From: the human T2T-CHM13v2.0 reference genome, Homo sapiens
Reading direction: 5' to 3' (one strand)
NCBI RefSeq assembly: GCF_009914755.1
Contig: NC_060927.1
Length of the DNA stretch: 64,000 bases
The position numbers and the translations under genes were made by a program. The notes beneath the pieces were generated by a model. It was given only the letters and a program-made list of their open reading frames with translations, searched no databases and had not been told where the DNA came from. This document shows, piece after piece, positions 1 through 16,250 of this stretch; within the stretch, counting starts at the first letter, position 1, and the number at the start of each line of letters is the position of its first letter.

Positions 1-524
1 TCATGGAACCATGTTGGCTGTGTTACTTTACTTCAAGTGTGTCTTGCATCTCCTGAGGGCCAACTGATGACTTAACAGTGCATGATGATTTTAAAATTGT
101 TCGCTGGTCCTATAAGCTTGCAAAATCTTGTCCTAAGATATGTTCTCTAATGCTTCCAGAAAGGGTCTCTGGGATCCCTGGTCCATCATGGTCCAGGCAA
201 CCCCTAAAAGGCAGTCCATTGACTTTCTAAGTTCTTTATGGGTTACACTATTCTCAGAAAGCTTGTCAGCCCTAGAGCTAGTCTGGAGGTAAACAGGATG
301 GTTTGCCATCACAGATGGGTAAAGCAGTATCTATGTGGATTTTTTTCTGCTTGCTTTAGAGAAGCTAGAACCAAAGCTCCTACAACAGACATTGATGTTC
401 TTAGTTCTCTGCAGTAACCACTGGCTTTGTGGATAACAGCTCTTCCAGCTTCTCTAGTACAGTGAACTTCACATGCCAGTCCACAGTCTGGTGCTGAGCT
501 AGCTGTGTCACCATCACAGGGGAG

Positions 525-668
525 AATTGGACTAAGATGCAGATTCCTGGACTCCACCTGAAAAGATTCTCAGTCAGTAGGTCTGAGGTGAGGCCCAGGG
601 GGCCCCATTTTTAACAGACTCATAACTGAAGCTTCCAAAGGTGTTGTCCCTTTGAGAAGCACTGAAAT
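525..668. mobile_element. MER5-type MITE remnant (similar copies at about 15530-15705, 26850-27040, 32430-32595, 32760-32900)
   Basis: ATGCAGATTCCTGG...TTTGAGAAGCACTG motifs. Confidence 0.6.
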
Positions 669-2765
669 TCTCTGCAACTGTGAGGTGAAACAGGACAAGG
701 TTATAGAATCTGGTGAAGCCATGATCTACTCCCACAGTCTTAGGGCCTGGATGAAACTCTTTCTGGATTTTGGAGGTCAGAAGCCAGTATTAGGGAGTTT
801 TGGAAAAAGAGACCTGGCACCAAGTGGCAGGTATTCTTATTCGTTCTAGGAAACTCTGACTCCCCAGAGGTTTTTTTGGGGCAGTCCTTAGGACTTCCTG
901 CCTTTTGTTGTCAGAATCAGGGCAACTCCTGGCCAGGAACTTCAGGAAGCTTACATCCAGGGAATGAGAACAGAGTGGAATTTGGTTATTTCTGAGGATC
1001 AAGTTTCTGTAGATATTTACCCTGTTTTTGAGATTTCTGGGCTACAAGAGGACCCACTGGGTCTCTTCTTCATAGGCTATAGTAGCACCTTGACTTGAAT
1101 TTCTGAGATCTGATGAGTGAGCAGTTTCTAAGAAGAAGACTAAATGTGATTGAACAGATAACAGGTGTTTCACATTTGCCATTTCGATAGTGATGGAAAT
1201 AGCTATGGTTGGTCTTTGATTAAGACCTATGTTCTGGGAGAACCAGCTGACTCAGAGCTGCTTGGTAGAGGCTGGTGTGAATAAGGGTGACAGTGAGGGT
1301 CTCCCTGAGATTACAGTGGGCAAGGCAAGACAGAGGGTTCTTCCGACCAGATTTTGTAGATCTTAGCAGGATGTTTCTCTGATTACACAACAATCATAAA
1401 CTCGCTATCTCCTGAGTGTGTGCTAATTGAGTCTGATCACAGAAATGACTAAGCCTCATGAGGTGAATTACTCAAATCCTCGATTCACAACAGTAACAAC
1501 AGCACCTCATTATGTACAGTGAGTTTACAAAGTGCTTCTGCATAATTATCCCTTTTTGTCTCCACAGAAATCCTGTACAGTAGGTCAAAGGCATTCTCTT
1601 AAATAAGAGAAAACTAAGAACCAATGAAGGTCTGTGCTTACCGTGATATAAAGATGTTAATTGGACTGAACAAGCTTATCTCTGAGTCTTTTGATTCCAG
1701 ATTCAGAGCTTTACAATCTCTGGGGCAGGTCTGGCTGACTACAGCAGGTCTGGAATGCTACTGATTGGGGCACCATTGGAGAGTTCTGGGACTTGAGAGA
1801 GGCAGCAACTGATCTGAATGTGTTCAGATTTGGTGAGATTTCAAGGGGCCTCTGAGAACAGCCTTTTTGTCCTGTAACTCACTGAGGTCTTAAGAACCCA
1901 ATAGAGGTCTTTCCCTACTAATGTAGCATTTGACTCTGTATAGTAGATATGATGTGGATAAACAGGTAATTATAGTTTTTCCAGAACTTAATTAGTAAGC
2001 AAAAGTGTAAGATTTTACCTGTGTAGGATTGTACCTTCTCATACTTCCCGTGGTTGCTCTTATCTACTTATATACAACTACGGTTAGCATTTTCATGTAG
2101 GTGACTCCAAAATCTAGACCTTTCTTCTGAGTTCCAGTCATGCTAACCCACTGTCTTTGGACATATCCCCTTTAATGCTCCATAAACACCTCAAAATCAT
2201 TGTCTTCCATGATCTCATCATCTTCCTCCACCAAAATCAAGCTTCTCTCCCCTCTGTGTTCCCTATCTCAATAAACTTCATAGCCATTTTTCCAAGATAG
2301 AAACTTAGGAGTCTTCCTTTATGCTTCCTCAAATCTTCCTCCCTTGTGCCAGACACTTTTTTACACTCTGGAGATATAGCAGTACACGAACTATAGGTCC
2401 ATAACCTTTGGGAGCTTAAATATAGCTCTGGGCCTCAGTCAACTAATCTGGCCAGCTTCCCAGACCCTTACTTTTCAGAGGAGAAAAGGGCTGAAGTTAT
2501 GAAGACAACCTAAGTAGTCTGTGGCCACATTTGAAACATTAAATTTATATCTCTAGCCCAAGTCTTTCACTTGCATTCCAAATTCTTGTATTCAGCCGTC
2601 TATTCATCACCTTCCACCCAGATGTCTGACAGAAGTATAAAGTGAAATTATAATATTTAACTCCCAATATACTGTTTCCTTAGCCTTCTCCCGTTTTAAC
2701 ACATTGTAACTTCATTATTCTAGTAACTTAGGTCCCAAGCCTTAAAACTTTTTAATTACCCATTA

Positions 2766-4027
<1,262 letters not shown>

Positions 4028-7000
4028 AAAACCTTTTAAATTACCCATTACTTCTCTCCCTCAAATCTCACATCCAGTCTCTCAGAAAACTCTGATTCTG
4101 AAGTATAGCTGTCTAATTCTCATCACAGCCACTGCTAACCATGTAGCCCAAGCCACTATCACCCACTTCCATTGCTGCTGCCACAGTCCAATCCACCATC
4201 AGCTCTTGATTGGACTGCTATTATATCTTCTTAACTTATCTCACTGCTAGCATTCTCTCAACCACTTGAAGCCTATAGTTTCTGTAGCAATCAGAATGGC
4301 ACTTTTGAAATATACCCTGTAGTGTGTTCCCATAACTTCATCTCTGAACTCACTTCATATAATTCTCTTGCTTGTTCATTGGAACCGAGTCTCACAGACT
4401 TCCCTGGCTGTTTCTTGAACACACCAAGCACAATATTGCCTCTGTTTTTCAACTTGTTCTTTTCTCTGCTCATATTCTCTTCATGTTTATAATTACATGG
4501 CTCATTCAACTATTACCTTGCTAAAGAAGACTCCCCGACCATCCTTTCCCAAACAGCAGCCCCTGGCCACTTTGTACTCCTTTAACTCTCTCTTCATTTT
4601 TCTTCATAACACTTTTACGACCTAATAGTTTACATTTTTGTTCATTATTTATCTCCTTCAGCTAGAATGTTTTCCCCATGAAAGCATAGATTTTGTCTAT
4701 TTGCTTAGCTGTTGAACCCCAAACACTGAGAATAATGTTTAGTACATTTTAGGTAACCAACAGATATTTGTTGAATAAATAAATATTCAAGAAATCTGGA
4801 TGGGTATGTATCAGATATTTATAAAAAGAGCTTTTCACCTGACACCGAAATTGAGTTTAGGGAACACAGGGAAGAGGAAGCACATGTAGCTGAATTGTGA
4901 GTCCAGGGTGGATAGAAACTGACCATAATCCAGGTTACTGAAAAGACAAGTGTCTTATGTTCAATAACAACTTACTAAAATCCACCAAGATCTGGATAAA
5001 AGTCGTTCTCCAAAGTGAGAGGGGAACAATAAAGGCTGAAACCAGGAGGGTTGTGGGGGCGGAATGGCACTGAATATTACAAAGATGCGGTAGCCAAAAA
5101 TGAAGGAGAAGAAAAAGGATATGTCAGTGTCATAGAAACAGCAGAAAGAAAAGTTTCAAGAACTGCTGAGTCTTGTTCTAGTTGTGGGAATGATTTTAGT
5201 CATGTAGACTCAGAGGGAGTGTGAATAAGTACCGTGGAGTGGAGAGGATGTGACTAGATTTCTCAATTGCTGGAAGAGGGTGTTTGGGATATTGTTGTGA
5301 CTGCAAACATGACTAAGCTAATTATAAGAGATACCAAAAGAACAGGCCATGATAATGAACTGTTTCAGGTTCATTATCTGCATGGTATGACTTAGCTGCT
5401 TGGCAGAATAAGGAGCATATTGTAAGGATGTTACTAGGACTGAGAATGTGGTTGGACCTTTCATAGCACTGGGTGAAAGTGTGACTGAGCTGGTGCTGAG
5501 AAATACTAACTGAACTACTGTTATGTCTGAGTGAAACTGTGTTATGCATGGTGCTGAGAGTGTGATTAGGTTCTCTAATACATGGAACAAATAACCAAGC
5601 TAGCTTTAGCACTGAAGATATTGCTGGGCTCTCCATGGCAACGTGAGCATGAGATTAAATGTCCCTGGTTTTGCAGATGTGACCAGACTGGTCAAGACTT
5701 TAAGAAGATTGTCTCCAAGATGTAAGCATTTCATACAGCCAGTGATACTGATATGTGTCAAGCTAAGCTGTCCATTGCCTCAAAAATTTTAATCTTTAGA
5801 CATCTGATGGGAGCAACAGGACACCGGACATATGAGTAAGCTGTCTAGGAAAGATATAGCATTTGAAATAGATAAGCCACTGAGAAAGTGTGATAAGCTG
5901 TTTGTGGTGACGAAAGTGAGACCAGACCTCACTCTACATGATCCTGCCCAGTCCTTCGAGACCTAGTCTCAGCAATCTGTGACACTGGAAAAATAGCACT
6001 TAGCTACCTTTGAAGTTGAATAATCCTGAGTTGCCTCTGATAACAAAGAATGGGGTTAGGGAAATCCTTGCTTAACTGAATCACCTATGAATGATCTCAG
6101 AGATAATAGCTAGGTAATCTGTTGTTGGAGCAGGACCAAAGTAATTTACAGGGCGGACGAAAGTGCGTGCGCTATCCATGGTTCTGAAATAGCTAGTGAG
6201 CGCCTAGTCTGGATTTGAGCTGACCGTGGTACTGAACAAGAGAGGAAGGAATGGGTGAGAGCTGAATGGGACTGGCTTTCTGTGGGGCTTGGTGAATGAT
6301 TGATCTGTTTGTAGTGCTGAATGAGAGTGTCAGGCTGAAATGCTGAGAATAGGTGCATTTATATTGGTGCTAAAAGGGAAGAAGAGCGTAATTCAAGAAA
6401 GAAAGCTGGAGTTTGGAGAAGAAAGTGCCTAATAGGGCACTTCAAACAGCTCTGCCCACCAGAATGGAGATCCAAACGAAGATGAGGAGGATAAATCTTA
6501 ACTTCTCCTGAGTCTTTACCTCCGTATCATCTCTTCCAACCCATTGAGAATGGGATCAGAAAGAAGGAATAAATTTTTGTGTCAAAGGAAGAAAAGAAGT
6601 TCCTTATCACATGATCTGAAAGTGTTGTGAACCAAAAAACTCAGGATGGTGGATTGAGTCAGCTACAGAAACCTTGAGTTATAATAATTTAAAAAAACCA
6701 GAGAGATAGTGTGGTTTTGTTGAAATAGCCACTGGACTCGAAGACAGGAAGCATGAGTTCTGATGCTATCTGGGTCTTTTGAATTCTTTGACCCTCATTT
6801 CTGTAATTTGTAAACTGGAGATGATTACCTCGGCCCTACTTATCTGACACTGTAGGAAAATCAAATAATGTATATGGAAGCATTATGTAAGGTAAATTAT
6901 AGACAAATGCATAATATAGACCTTAATATTTCCATTACATATGTGATTTAATAGCCAATAGCCACTTAGCCTATTTCAATTCCACACCACTAGCTCTCAG

Positions 7001-7599
7001 TGTATAAACAAAACAAACATGTGAGATCATTTGCAATTAAATTAAATATAAAGAATTTACAATGTTCCACTTTATTTAGTTTGTAAATACTTTTGAATAT
7101 GGTTCAGCTGCCCCAAATAAAAGTTTTCTCATTTGTACAATGAGGGGATTGGTCTGGGTGTATAATCCCTTCTATCTTGACAAGAAGCCGTGTTCCTTTC
7201 TCCTATTTCGAATTTCCCCTTTACCCCAAATTTTCGTCCTATTATATCCTTAACAGATATCACAGGATTCCTTTCGAATTCTTGGAGGAAGAGGCCTGGA
7301 AAACAGTGTGAGTTCTTACAGTTTTTAAAGCTGTGGATTAATATTACCAGTTATATTTAAGTAAGCCAAATATTTTTAAGGATGAAGTATAGTTTTGATT
7401 CAGGAAGAATACTAAAGTCACTAATGTAGATAATTATTTGCCATTTATAAAGTTTTGGTGGACAGTAGAATTTGGGTAATCAATTTAATAACTGATTAAG
7501 GTTTTCTAGGGATGCTGAGGTCACAGGTTTAATTAGGTGATGTAATGTCACAAAGGTCATACATGAAAAATACATCAATGCATGTTTTTGCACTTCAAA

Positions 7600-8800
7600 G
7601 CACTGTAATATGTCTCTCCCAGTTTTCTTTACCAAAGCTTTTGCTAAGATGCAAATGACCTCCAGGCTGACAATTCCAGATAAACTTTTATACTTCTACT
7701 GACTTGACGTCCCAGCAGGATTTGACATGACTGGCCGCTCTATTTTTCTTGAAATCCTCTCTCTCTTCCATATGAGGCTTCACTGAAGGCTTCTACTTAC
7801 TGGAGGTCATTAAATATCAGAACTTCTTGGGATTCTGTCCTAGTCCTCTTTTATATCCCCTTGCATCAAAGTATAATCTCCTCTCATGGTCTTAACTCCC
7901 AGTCAAACCTCTTTTCTGTTCCAGACCTGACTATCCACCTGTTCTTTCTGGGTATCTCTCCCCTATAAATTGGTTGCTTCTTTTATATTCCCTATTTAGT
8001 TAAACAGCACCATCAAGCACGCAGTTGCTCACATCATAAACATGTAGACTCTCCCTCTCCCCACCTCTTCACATGTGCGCCAACCACCAAGTCACAACCA
8101 TTTCTTATCTGGTCTCTTACCAGAGACTTGCTCATTAACTGGTCTCTCCCATATTCTTTTTTGCCTACTTTCATAGCAACCAACATAATCTTTTAAAACT
8201 GCAAATCTGATCATATCACTTCTCTGATGATACCTTTCAAAGGCTTCTCAACCTCTTTGGGTTTAGACATTCACATTCACCCCGTGTGAATGTCTTTCAT
8301 TCATTCACATGGCACATAAGGCCTGGCATGATCTGGTCCCTGCCCATCACCTCCTTGTACATCACCCTTTTCCTTGTTTCCCCCCTAGTAGTTACCCTGG
8401 TCTTCTTTCACTTACTAAAACCCACCAGCTTGCTTTCTGCTTTGGTCTTTTCACACATGCTTTTTTCTCTCTCTCAGCAATGCTTTTGTCCTTCTTTCCC
8501 CTGGGTGACTTCTTTCTTCTTTCAGTTTAGTTAAGTGTCGGTTTTTCAGAACAACCATTCCTGACTGTCTGAACTGGACAAGTTTTCTTTGTTATTCATT
8601 TGCATAGGAACCAGTATTTCCTGGAGGCCATTTATTTTGATAATTATCTGTTCAATGTCTCTGTTCCTATGTTAGAAAGTAAGCTTCCTGAGCCACAGAC
8701 CATGTTCATATCTTCCTCTGCTGTATCCTCAGCATCTAAAACAATGTGACACATGTAAGTGTTTGATAAATATTTGTGGAGTGAAAGAACAAATGAATGA
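7600..8800 (+). mobile_element. L2 LINE 3' remnant (others at about 2080-2740 plus 4050-4785, 10705-11005, 21420-22560, 43000-43980)
   Basis: CT-rich L2 body (AAATCTGATCATATCACT) ending TGATAAATATTTGT...AATGAATGAATGA. Confidence 0.7.
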
Positions 8801-9774
8801 ATGATGATGGCTTTCTCAGAGACAGACTACTTTAGAGAATCGTCATGAATGTGCACTGTGACTGATAAGTTTAGAATTTCTGCTGTCAGTGTGCCTAGTT
8901 TGACCTTAGAATTAAAGAGATTGTTCCCATGCCCCAAAGACGCTGAGGATGACTGGCCTTCTCTTGTGAAGAAAGAGGAGCTTGATGCTGAAATATCAAG
9001 GCAAGAAAACTAAAATGGGGCAATGACTGAAGGGAAACTCAGTGACATTTATTAAGAAGGAGTCATTGGAATGCAGTGAAAAGAACTATGATTTGTAAAT
9101 GAGGGGTTCTGGGGTTAGGTAGCCCTGGATGTTCTGCCAACTTGCTTTCTGATGTTGGACGTGTTTTTGTTGTTGTTGTTTTTGTCTTTGAGAGGCAGTT
9201 ACTACACAGGAAGATGAAGAAGTGCTCTGAGGTGACCTCTGCAAACTCTGGTGCTTTATGAACCTGGAAATAATGTTATGGCTCTGATTCATTCTGATTA
9301 TGATCTTGTGAGAAAACTAAGACTTTGTCATATTAGAGGCCAGGCAGGTTCCATGCAGACAGGTTGACTTTGCAGTAGCAAACATCAGGACTGGGTTGGA
9401 TCACACACCTGGCAGAAGTATTTCTCCCAAATGTGATTGGTCTGTTTAGTTGCTTTCTGAATGCAACTTTTGGAGGAATTAGAAGACTACTCTTCATAGA
9501 CACTTTGTTCTTGACTTCCTAGAAAATGAGAAACAACAGATCTGTGTGTTCTTGACTTCAATCAAATGTGGACATGGCCTTGAGTTTTTAAGATTCAGGG
9601 GCTTCTCTCTTGAAACTGTCATAGCCTGGAAGTGCCAGCGGAGCTGCAGGAGGTTATGGGGTTAGATGGCAAGACAGCTCTTTCTCATTCTGTTGAATAT
9701 TTTAAAATGCTTTCATTATCAGTAGTTGCCAATAGCCTACTGTGTATTTATCACAATTAGGTGCTGTGGAAGAT

Positions 9775-9945
9775 GATGTGGTGTAGTGGGAAAAGCAATG
9801 GGTTAGCGGTTAGTAGACTTGAGTCCCAGACACAGGTCTGTAATAAACCCCATGTTCAGTCTTTGGGCATCTTCTCTTCTGGATCTTAGTTTTCTCATTT
9901 GTACAATGAGAGGATTGGTCTAGGTGTATAATGAGGCCCTTCTAT
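9775..9945 (+). mobile_element. MIR (other MIRs at about 1505-1710, 6705-6900, 23575-23785, 28300-28490, 44880-45065)
   Basis: GTGGTGTAGTGGGAAAAGCA start and MIR core AGTTTTCTCATTTGTA. Confidence 0.65.
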
Positions 9946-11383
9946 CTTGACAAGAAGCCGTGTTCCTTATTTTCGAGGCCTCTGAGTCTACTCAGGGAGA
10001 AAAGAAGCCCTAGCAACAAGGAAATCATAATAAAAATAAATAAGGGCTATATTATATGGTTCCAACCATGGAATTTTAAGTAATAAAGATAAGTGACTCA
10101 AGGTATTAAAGAAGGGATGGATCAACCTAGATTAGAGAAGCTAGTGAAGGCTTCCTAGGAAGCTGTAGGTAGAGTGTTTTTATGACTGTGTTTGTCACAA
10201 TATGAATGCCACATACACATTGCACTCTGGGCTTTGGGACACTGAAAAATACACAAATACATGCCCAGACTGAAGTTCCCCACTGGGAACTTGGTTGAAC
10301 ACCTACCAAAAGCATGAGCCCCTGCTCATAAAGCAACTGTATGGTTGTTAATCTTCTTAAACATTAATTATTTCAGAGCCAAAGTGTTTATCATGAACAA
10401 TAATCCCCCTTTTTTCTCTAAGTTTCTAAAGAAAAAATACGCAAATTATAATAAAAATTGACAGGTAGAAATGGGTTTTGGGCAAGGTTCTAAGCAAGAG
10501 CACTGTGAACATTATGTAAATGCCAACCAGTATAACGCAGCCCTTCAGTTTATTCCAGGGAAGCAAAGGATACGCAGGAAATTCAGTGTTGCTGTGCAGT
10601 TCTGACATTGAAGGAATCTGTCTTTTGTTCACAAGTCACATTCTGATTTGGTCCTCAAATTCTGCTTCTAAATGGCAAATTTGGACAAAAATATTGTATC
10701 TCCTTTTAGGCTAAAGCTTAAATGTCACTTCATCAGGGAGGCCTTTCTTGGTCTTGTCTGTCTAAATTAGGTGGCCCCAAGATCTCCCAAAGAATCTAGT
10801 TTATTTCTTTCCTGGCACTTATCACAGTTTAAAATTATATTTATTTGTGTATTTGTTTAATATCTGTCTGCCCCACTAGACTGTAAGTTCTATAAGTTCT
10901 ATGAGGGCAGACATGAAAATCATTCTGTCTATAGCTCTGTGCCCCTGGTGCCTGGCAGCAAACAGCACATAGCACATACCCCAAGCAGGTTTGTTGAATG
11001 TTTTCATGAAATAGTCTCATTAGGTAAAAATGAGATCTCAGTGAAATAGTCGCATTTTGCAAACATTGTAGCATATGCTTACTGTTTCAGATTTTTCAAA
11101 ATGCATTTGATTGCATCTAAAGTTTGAGTCCTCTCAATTTTTTTCTACACATTTTTACACTTATCACATCTTTTCTCCAACAGAGCAAAATATTTTCCAT
11201 TGGTTAAGAAACTTATGTTTCAAGAGGATAGGGTAGTGATTATAATCTTGGATACTGGAGCCATACTTTCCATGCTTAAATCCCCACTCTACAAATTACC
11301 AGTTGTGGGACTATTAGAAGATTACTTAACTCCTGTGTGCCTTAGTTTTCTCATCTACAAAATAATCGTAATAATAGAACTAC

Positions 11384-11711
<328 letters not shown>

Positions 11712-12966
11712 TTAAATGAGTGTAAAAACGATATATAGTGCTCAAGAACAAAGGAAGCAATAAATTAATCTTGCTATTAATACTATTATCTCCCAAAGTA
11801 ATATAATTAAGTAGTTGACTCAGAAGTGCTACCCACTTTGTCTGATTTAGCATCAAAACATACAGTCTTCCTAATGTGCAACTCTTCCAACCAACAGTTG
11901 CAGAATTTGAGACTAGGTAATGGATCTTGCCTGGGACTCCAGCTAATAAGAGGCAGAGCTGGACAACAACCCAGATTTTCCAGGACTTTCTACTGTCCAG
12001 GGCCAAGGCTATCAATTTCCCCAGGATTCCCTTTTTCCTCCTCTCATACTGATTTCCCACAAAGCTACAACTGGAATATACTGGAGCAGGGGAAACAGTG
12101 AGGTGTCTGACCAGTCCCTGGCCAGCCACTGAACCAGCGGGCCAACCAGGATGTCCTGAGCCCCCTGCCGCTCACTTGGTTTACGGTGGGGCAATGAGCC
12201 AGGCAACCAATCAATACTTCCTGAGCACCTTGATCCATGGTGACTGCCAATAAGCTCCAGGGCAGCTGGCAGCCTGAGTGCTGCTGTCCCATGCTTAGCC
12301 TATGACCATCCACCAAGGCAGCCAGCGCTTTTAAAAAATGTGATCACAGCTTTATGTGTTTAAAAATTGAACAAAAAAGATGATTGTCTTACTAATAAAA
12401 GTATCTTCTTGCTTGCTTTCTATATTTTGGGCATAGTGCTAAGTATTTTATGAACACTGTCATTTTATCCTCACACAATCATAGGAGCATATCCTATAAT
12501 TAACCCATTTCTGCAGAGAAGCCACTAAAGCCTTGAGGCTAACTTAGTGAAGGTCATAGCCTATTGGAGACCTAAGGCAATGTTCTTATCTCTTCTGCTC
12601 AGTAGGTAATGAATAAAAATATTAACACATCATTCTTGGGGAGTGGTAGTACTGGTGATTTTTTTTTTAATTGAGGAATACATACACAAAGTACACCAAG
12701 TTCATTCATCTGAAGTTTACAGTTTGATGCTTTTTAAAAAACATATGCAAACACCTGTGTAACTACCCCCAAGACAAAGATGTAGAAAACGAGAAGACTC
12801 TCCCACGCCCCTTCCCAGTGGCTACCCCTCTCCTGCCTGGAGGGAACTACTGTTGGTTTTCTGTTGTCAGAGTCAGCACTTGCTAGATGTTTCTGATTCT
12901 CTTCCTGTCACTGCACTCTGGGCACAGAAACCTCTCCTCTCTTCTATCTATCTAAAGTCTACCCAC

Positions 12967-13268
12967 CGCTGGGCATGGTAGCTCACACCTGTAATCCCAT
13001 CATTTTGGGAGGCTGCAGTAGGAGGACCACTTGAGCCAAGGAGTTCGAGACCAGCCTGGGCAACATGGCGAGACCCTGTCTCTACCAAAACCACAAAATT
13101 TTTCCAAGTGTGGTGGAGGCCACCTGTAATCCCAGCTACTCAGGAGCTGAGGTAGGAGGATCACCTGAGCCCTGGAGGTCAAGGCTGCAGTGAGCTGAGA
13201 TTGTGCCACTGCACTCCAGCCTGGGTGTTGGAGTGAGACCCTGTCTCAAATAAATAAATAAATAAATA
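12967..13268 (+). mobile_element. AluJ with (TAAA)n tail
   Basis: AluJ-type GTCAAGGCTGCAGTGAGC; TSD AAGTCTACC. Confidence 0.92.
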
Positions 13269-16250
13269 AGTCTACCTGTTATTCACAACCTCCCTCAATT
13301 CCCCTTTTTCTGAAGCATTCTCTGATTTTTGCTGCTGGTCAGCTCTGTGAGCACCTTAAAATAATCATAATAATAATTACTATTCCACCTTATCTCCCAA
13401 AGGATTGTGCCTAATGCAAGTCAAGCTCACACCTGCTGATGAATTCATTCTAGGCTTTGAGTACCTCGGCTCCTCCCTACAGAGTATGAACAAAGTGTCT
13501 CCAATAGGACTCCCTCTTGTCACCTCACATTGTGGGCAGGGGAGTGGGCTTCCTGTTCCTTGTGCCAGTAACCAGCTACATGGCCTTGAATAAATCACTA
13601 AAACTGAAACTCCGCGTCTCAGTTTCTTTATATATAAAATGAGTGTATCAGACTAAATGATAATAGGAATAGGAGATAATAGACTAGGCTAACCTTTTTG
13701 TGCATCCCCTGTTTAATATTTACAGTCGTCTTGTGACATAGGTATTATTATGGCCATGTCACAATTGATGAAACGGACCCTAACCAAGGTCCAGCTGAGT
13801 TCACAAGGCCTATGCTCTTAGCCACTGTACTCTATAACTGGCCATGGCCACTCTGACTCCTTCCTACCCTCATGAACTAGTTCATAAAACATGGCTCTAG
13901 ATATCTTTGGAGAACAGAGAAAAGCACAATATATAAATACCAAGGTAAGAAGAGTGACCATGGGATCTAATGAGCAAGATGGACCAAAGTGACATTCTAA
14001 GGACAAATATTAATAGTTCTAAGCCTCTCAGAATTAATGCTGGCAGGCAAGGGACAGAACGTATTTGCTTAGTGAGAAGGGTGAGAGAAAGTGCTGTCAC
14101 ATTCGAATCTTATTCCCATATGATCCATGACACCAAGCCATGATTTTTATTCAGTAAGCACTTACTGGGCTGCTAATATGTGCAAAGTTTTGATGGGGTA
14201 TAGAAGTCAAGGAGAGGGAGACCCTCATAAACTCACACTCTGGTGGGGAGAGAGACACATACAGGCGGCACTCTAAAATGAGACATGCACCATGTAAATA
14301 AACACAAATTAAGAAGTGAGGTGGGAGCAGAGGAAGAGAGGGAAGGCACTATGCCTTGTGAGAGAATGAGATCTATCCAGGAGTTGGAAAGGCAGGTAAG
14401 ATTTGGGCAGAAAGTGATTGTGCAGAAAGGGAGAGCCTGGTGGATGCAAACTGAATGAGAAAGAATACAGCAATTTAAGAGGGGGCAGGGACAGTGTTTC
14501 ACTCATGGGCTCAGGAGTTGGGGACACTAAGCTCACAGTATCACTTTGTATCTGGGGACCATAGGGCTGGTCTGTATTCTGAGAGAGGGGGAGCTAAGGG
14601 GAATCTTGGGGCTGACACTCACAAAAAAAGCTGAAGGTCTTAAGAGCCTTCTTGACTTGATTGGGTGCTGACAGAAGGGAATACATGACTGCACATGCCC
14701 AGAGTCAGTAATTAGTGGGTTTCTCCTCCTGGTTTAACATTTTCTTGGCAATATTTATTTGTGAAAGACCCTTTACTACCATTTACCATTACAGACCATT
14801 CTCAGGTTTCTTTTTCATTTCCTTCTGATGATTGTTATCTCAAAAATTATCCTTGTAGGTATGTGCTCTTTCATATGCTTGGGGCAAAAACATGCTAATG
14901 TTTCAATTTATATGCTCATTTATTATTACTATTATCACTACCATTATTTGACTAAGTGGACAGGGAACTAGGAAATTACTTTTTAAGGCCACTCTAAAAC
15001 CTTCCTAACATTTCAAACCAACTTTATGCCATTTCAAACCAAAAATTTCCACCAGTTTAAAAGCAATTCATTTATCTGTGTCAAACTTCCTTCCACAACA
15101 TGTGGCTAGAAAGCCCAACCTTTGGCTTCTGTTACTTAAAATATATACACGTGGTTGCTTCTCCCTGCTTCATTTTGCAAGTCCAGTAAAGCTGATTCAA
15201 ACTACGTTTTAAAATCATAGCAAGTGTTTTCTCTTTTCTGGCACAAATCTAATCAGGTAATCTCAAAGATCAAAATCATGATCAAGAATCAAATTTACAC
15301 TAAGTGTGCTAGAGCTATGGGGGAAAAAAAGCCAAACAAAGCCAGAACCACAGAAATTTCTGAATGAGGCATTCTGGATTACAGATTTGGGGTTAAAAAC
15401 AAAGATTAGGTGGCTTTGGTCTTGCCTGTTGTCACCTCTCTGAACGTGTATAAATGCTACACTGAAGGTTGAATAATACCCTTGGATACTGGGCTTGTCT
15501 TTTTTCATCACAATATCTGAAAACAAAAGTTTCTCAACCTTGTTGTCCATCTGAATTTTCTGGAGAGCATTTGAAAAATACAGATTTCTGACTCTCACCC
15601 CCTTGACATTCAGAGTCAATAGGCCTGGAGTGGGGTCCAAGAGTCTGTGTTTCTAAAAAGTTCTCCACTTTATTCTGATGTGTGACTAAGAATGAAATCC
15701 ACTGCTCTGATCCTGATCCTTACTTCTCTAACAAGATAACTTGTTGCCTTGAGTTTAGGACAAAACGTCTTGCTGAAGCTGTGTATCACCACTGACCCGG
15801 AGACCATGCATTCTTTGCTTTCTGTGCCCCTTTTTGTTTAGTTTTAACAACTTCGTCAATACTACCAGGACATTTGACCTCTGTTATCACAGTTTTTGTT
15901 AAATGTCTGAAATCACATCTGCTAATAAAACATCTTTTTATATCAACACAACTCTTTGAAGAGTATAAACTTGACGTTGATGTAGCATGTAGAAATTGAT
16001 AGCTTTTGGATTTAGCTATATTTTCACCCTTATCCTTCAGAGGAAGAGATGCAGTGGGAGTCTTCTATGCATATAGATTAATAGTATTTTTCCAAGAACT
16101 ATGGGTGTTTGAGGAAGGTCATATATTAAAACATCCCACAAAACATGCTTTGTTTTTGGTTTATGAATAAAATCTGTAATCCCCCTCAAAATACCCAAGC
16201 ACATATCTTTACACTGTTAGCCACAGACTAACAAAGTCGCACAGCCAAAC

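Noticed and set aside
4800-6650. Possible ancient retroelement interior or pseudogene (also about 1-1900)
   Set aside because: Composition looks coding-like, but my partial manual translation gave no convincing motif; needs Dfam/tBLASTx. The half X-box CCATGGCAAC at 5633-5642 is too weak alone.
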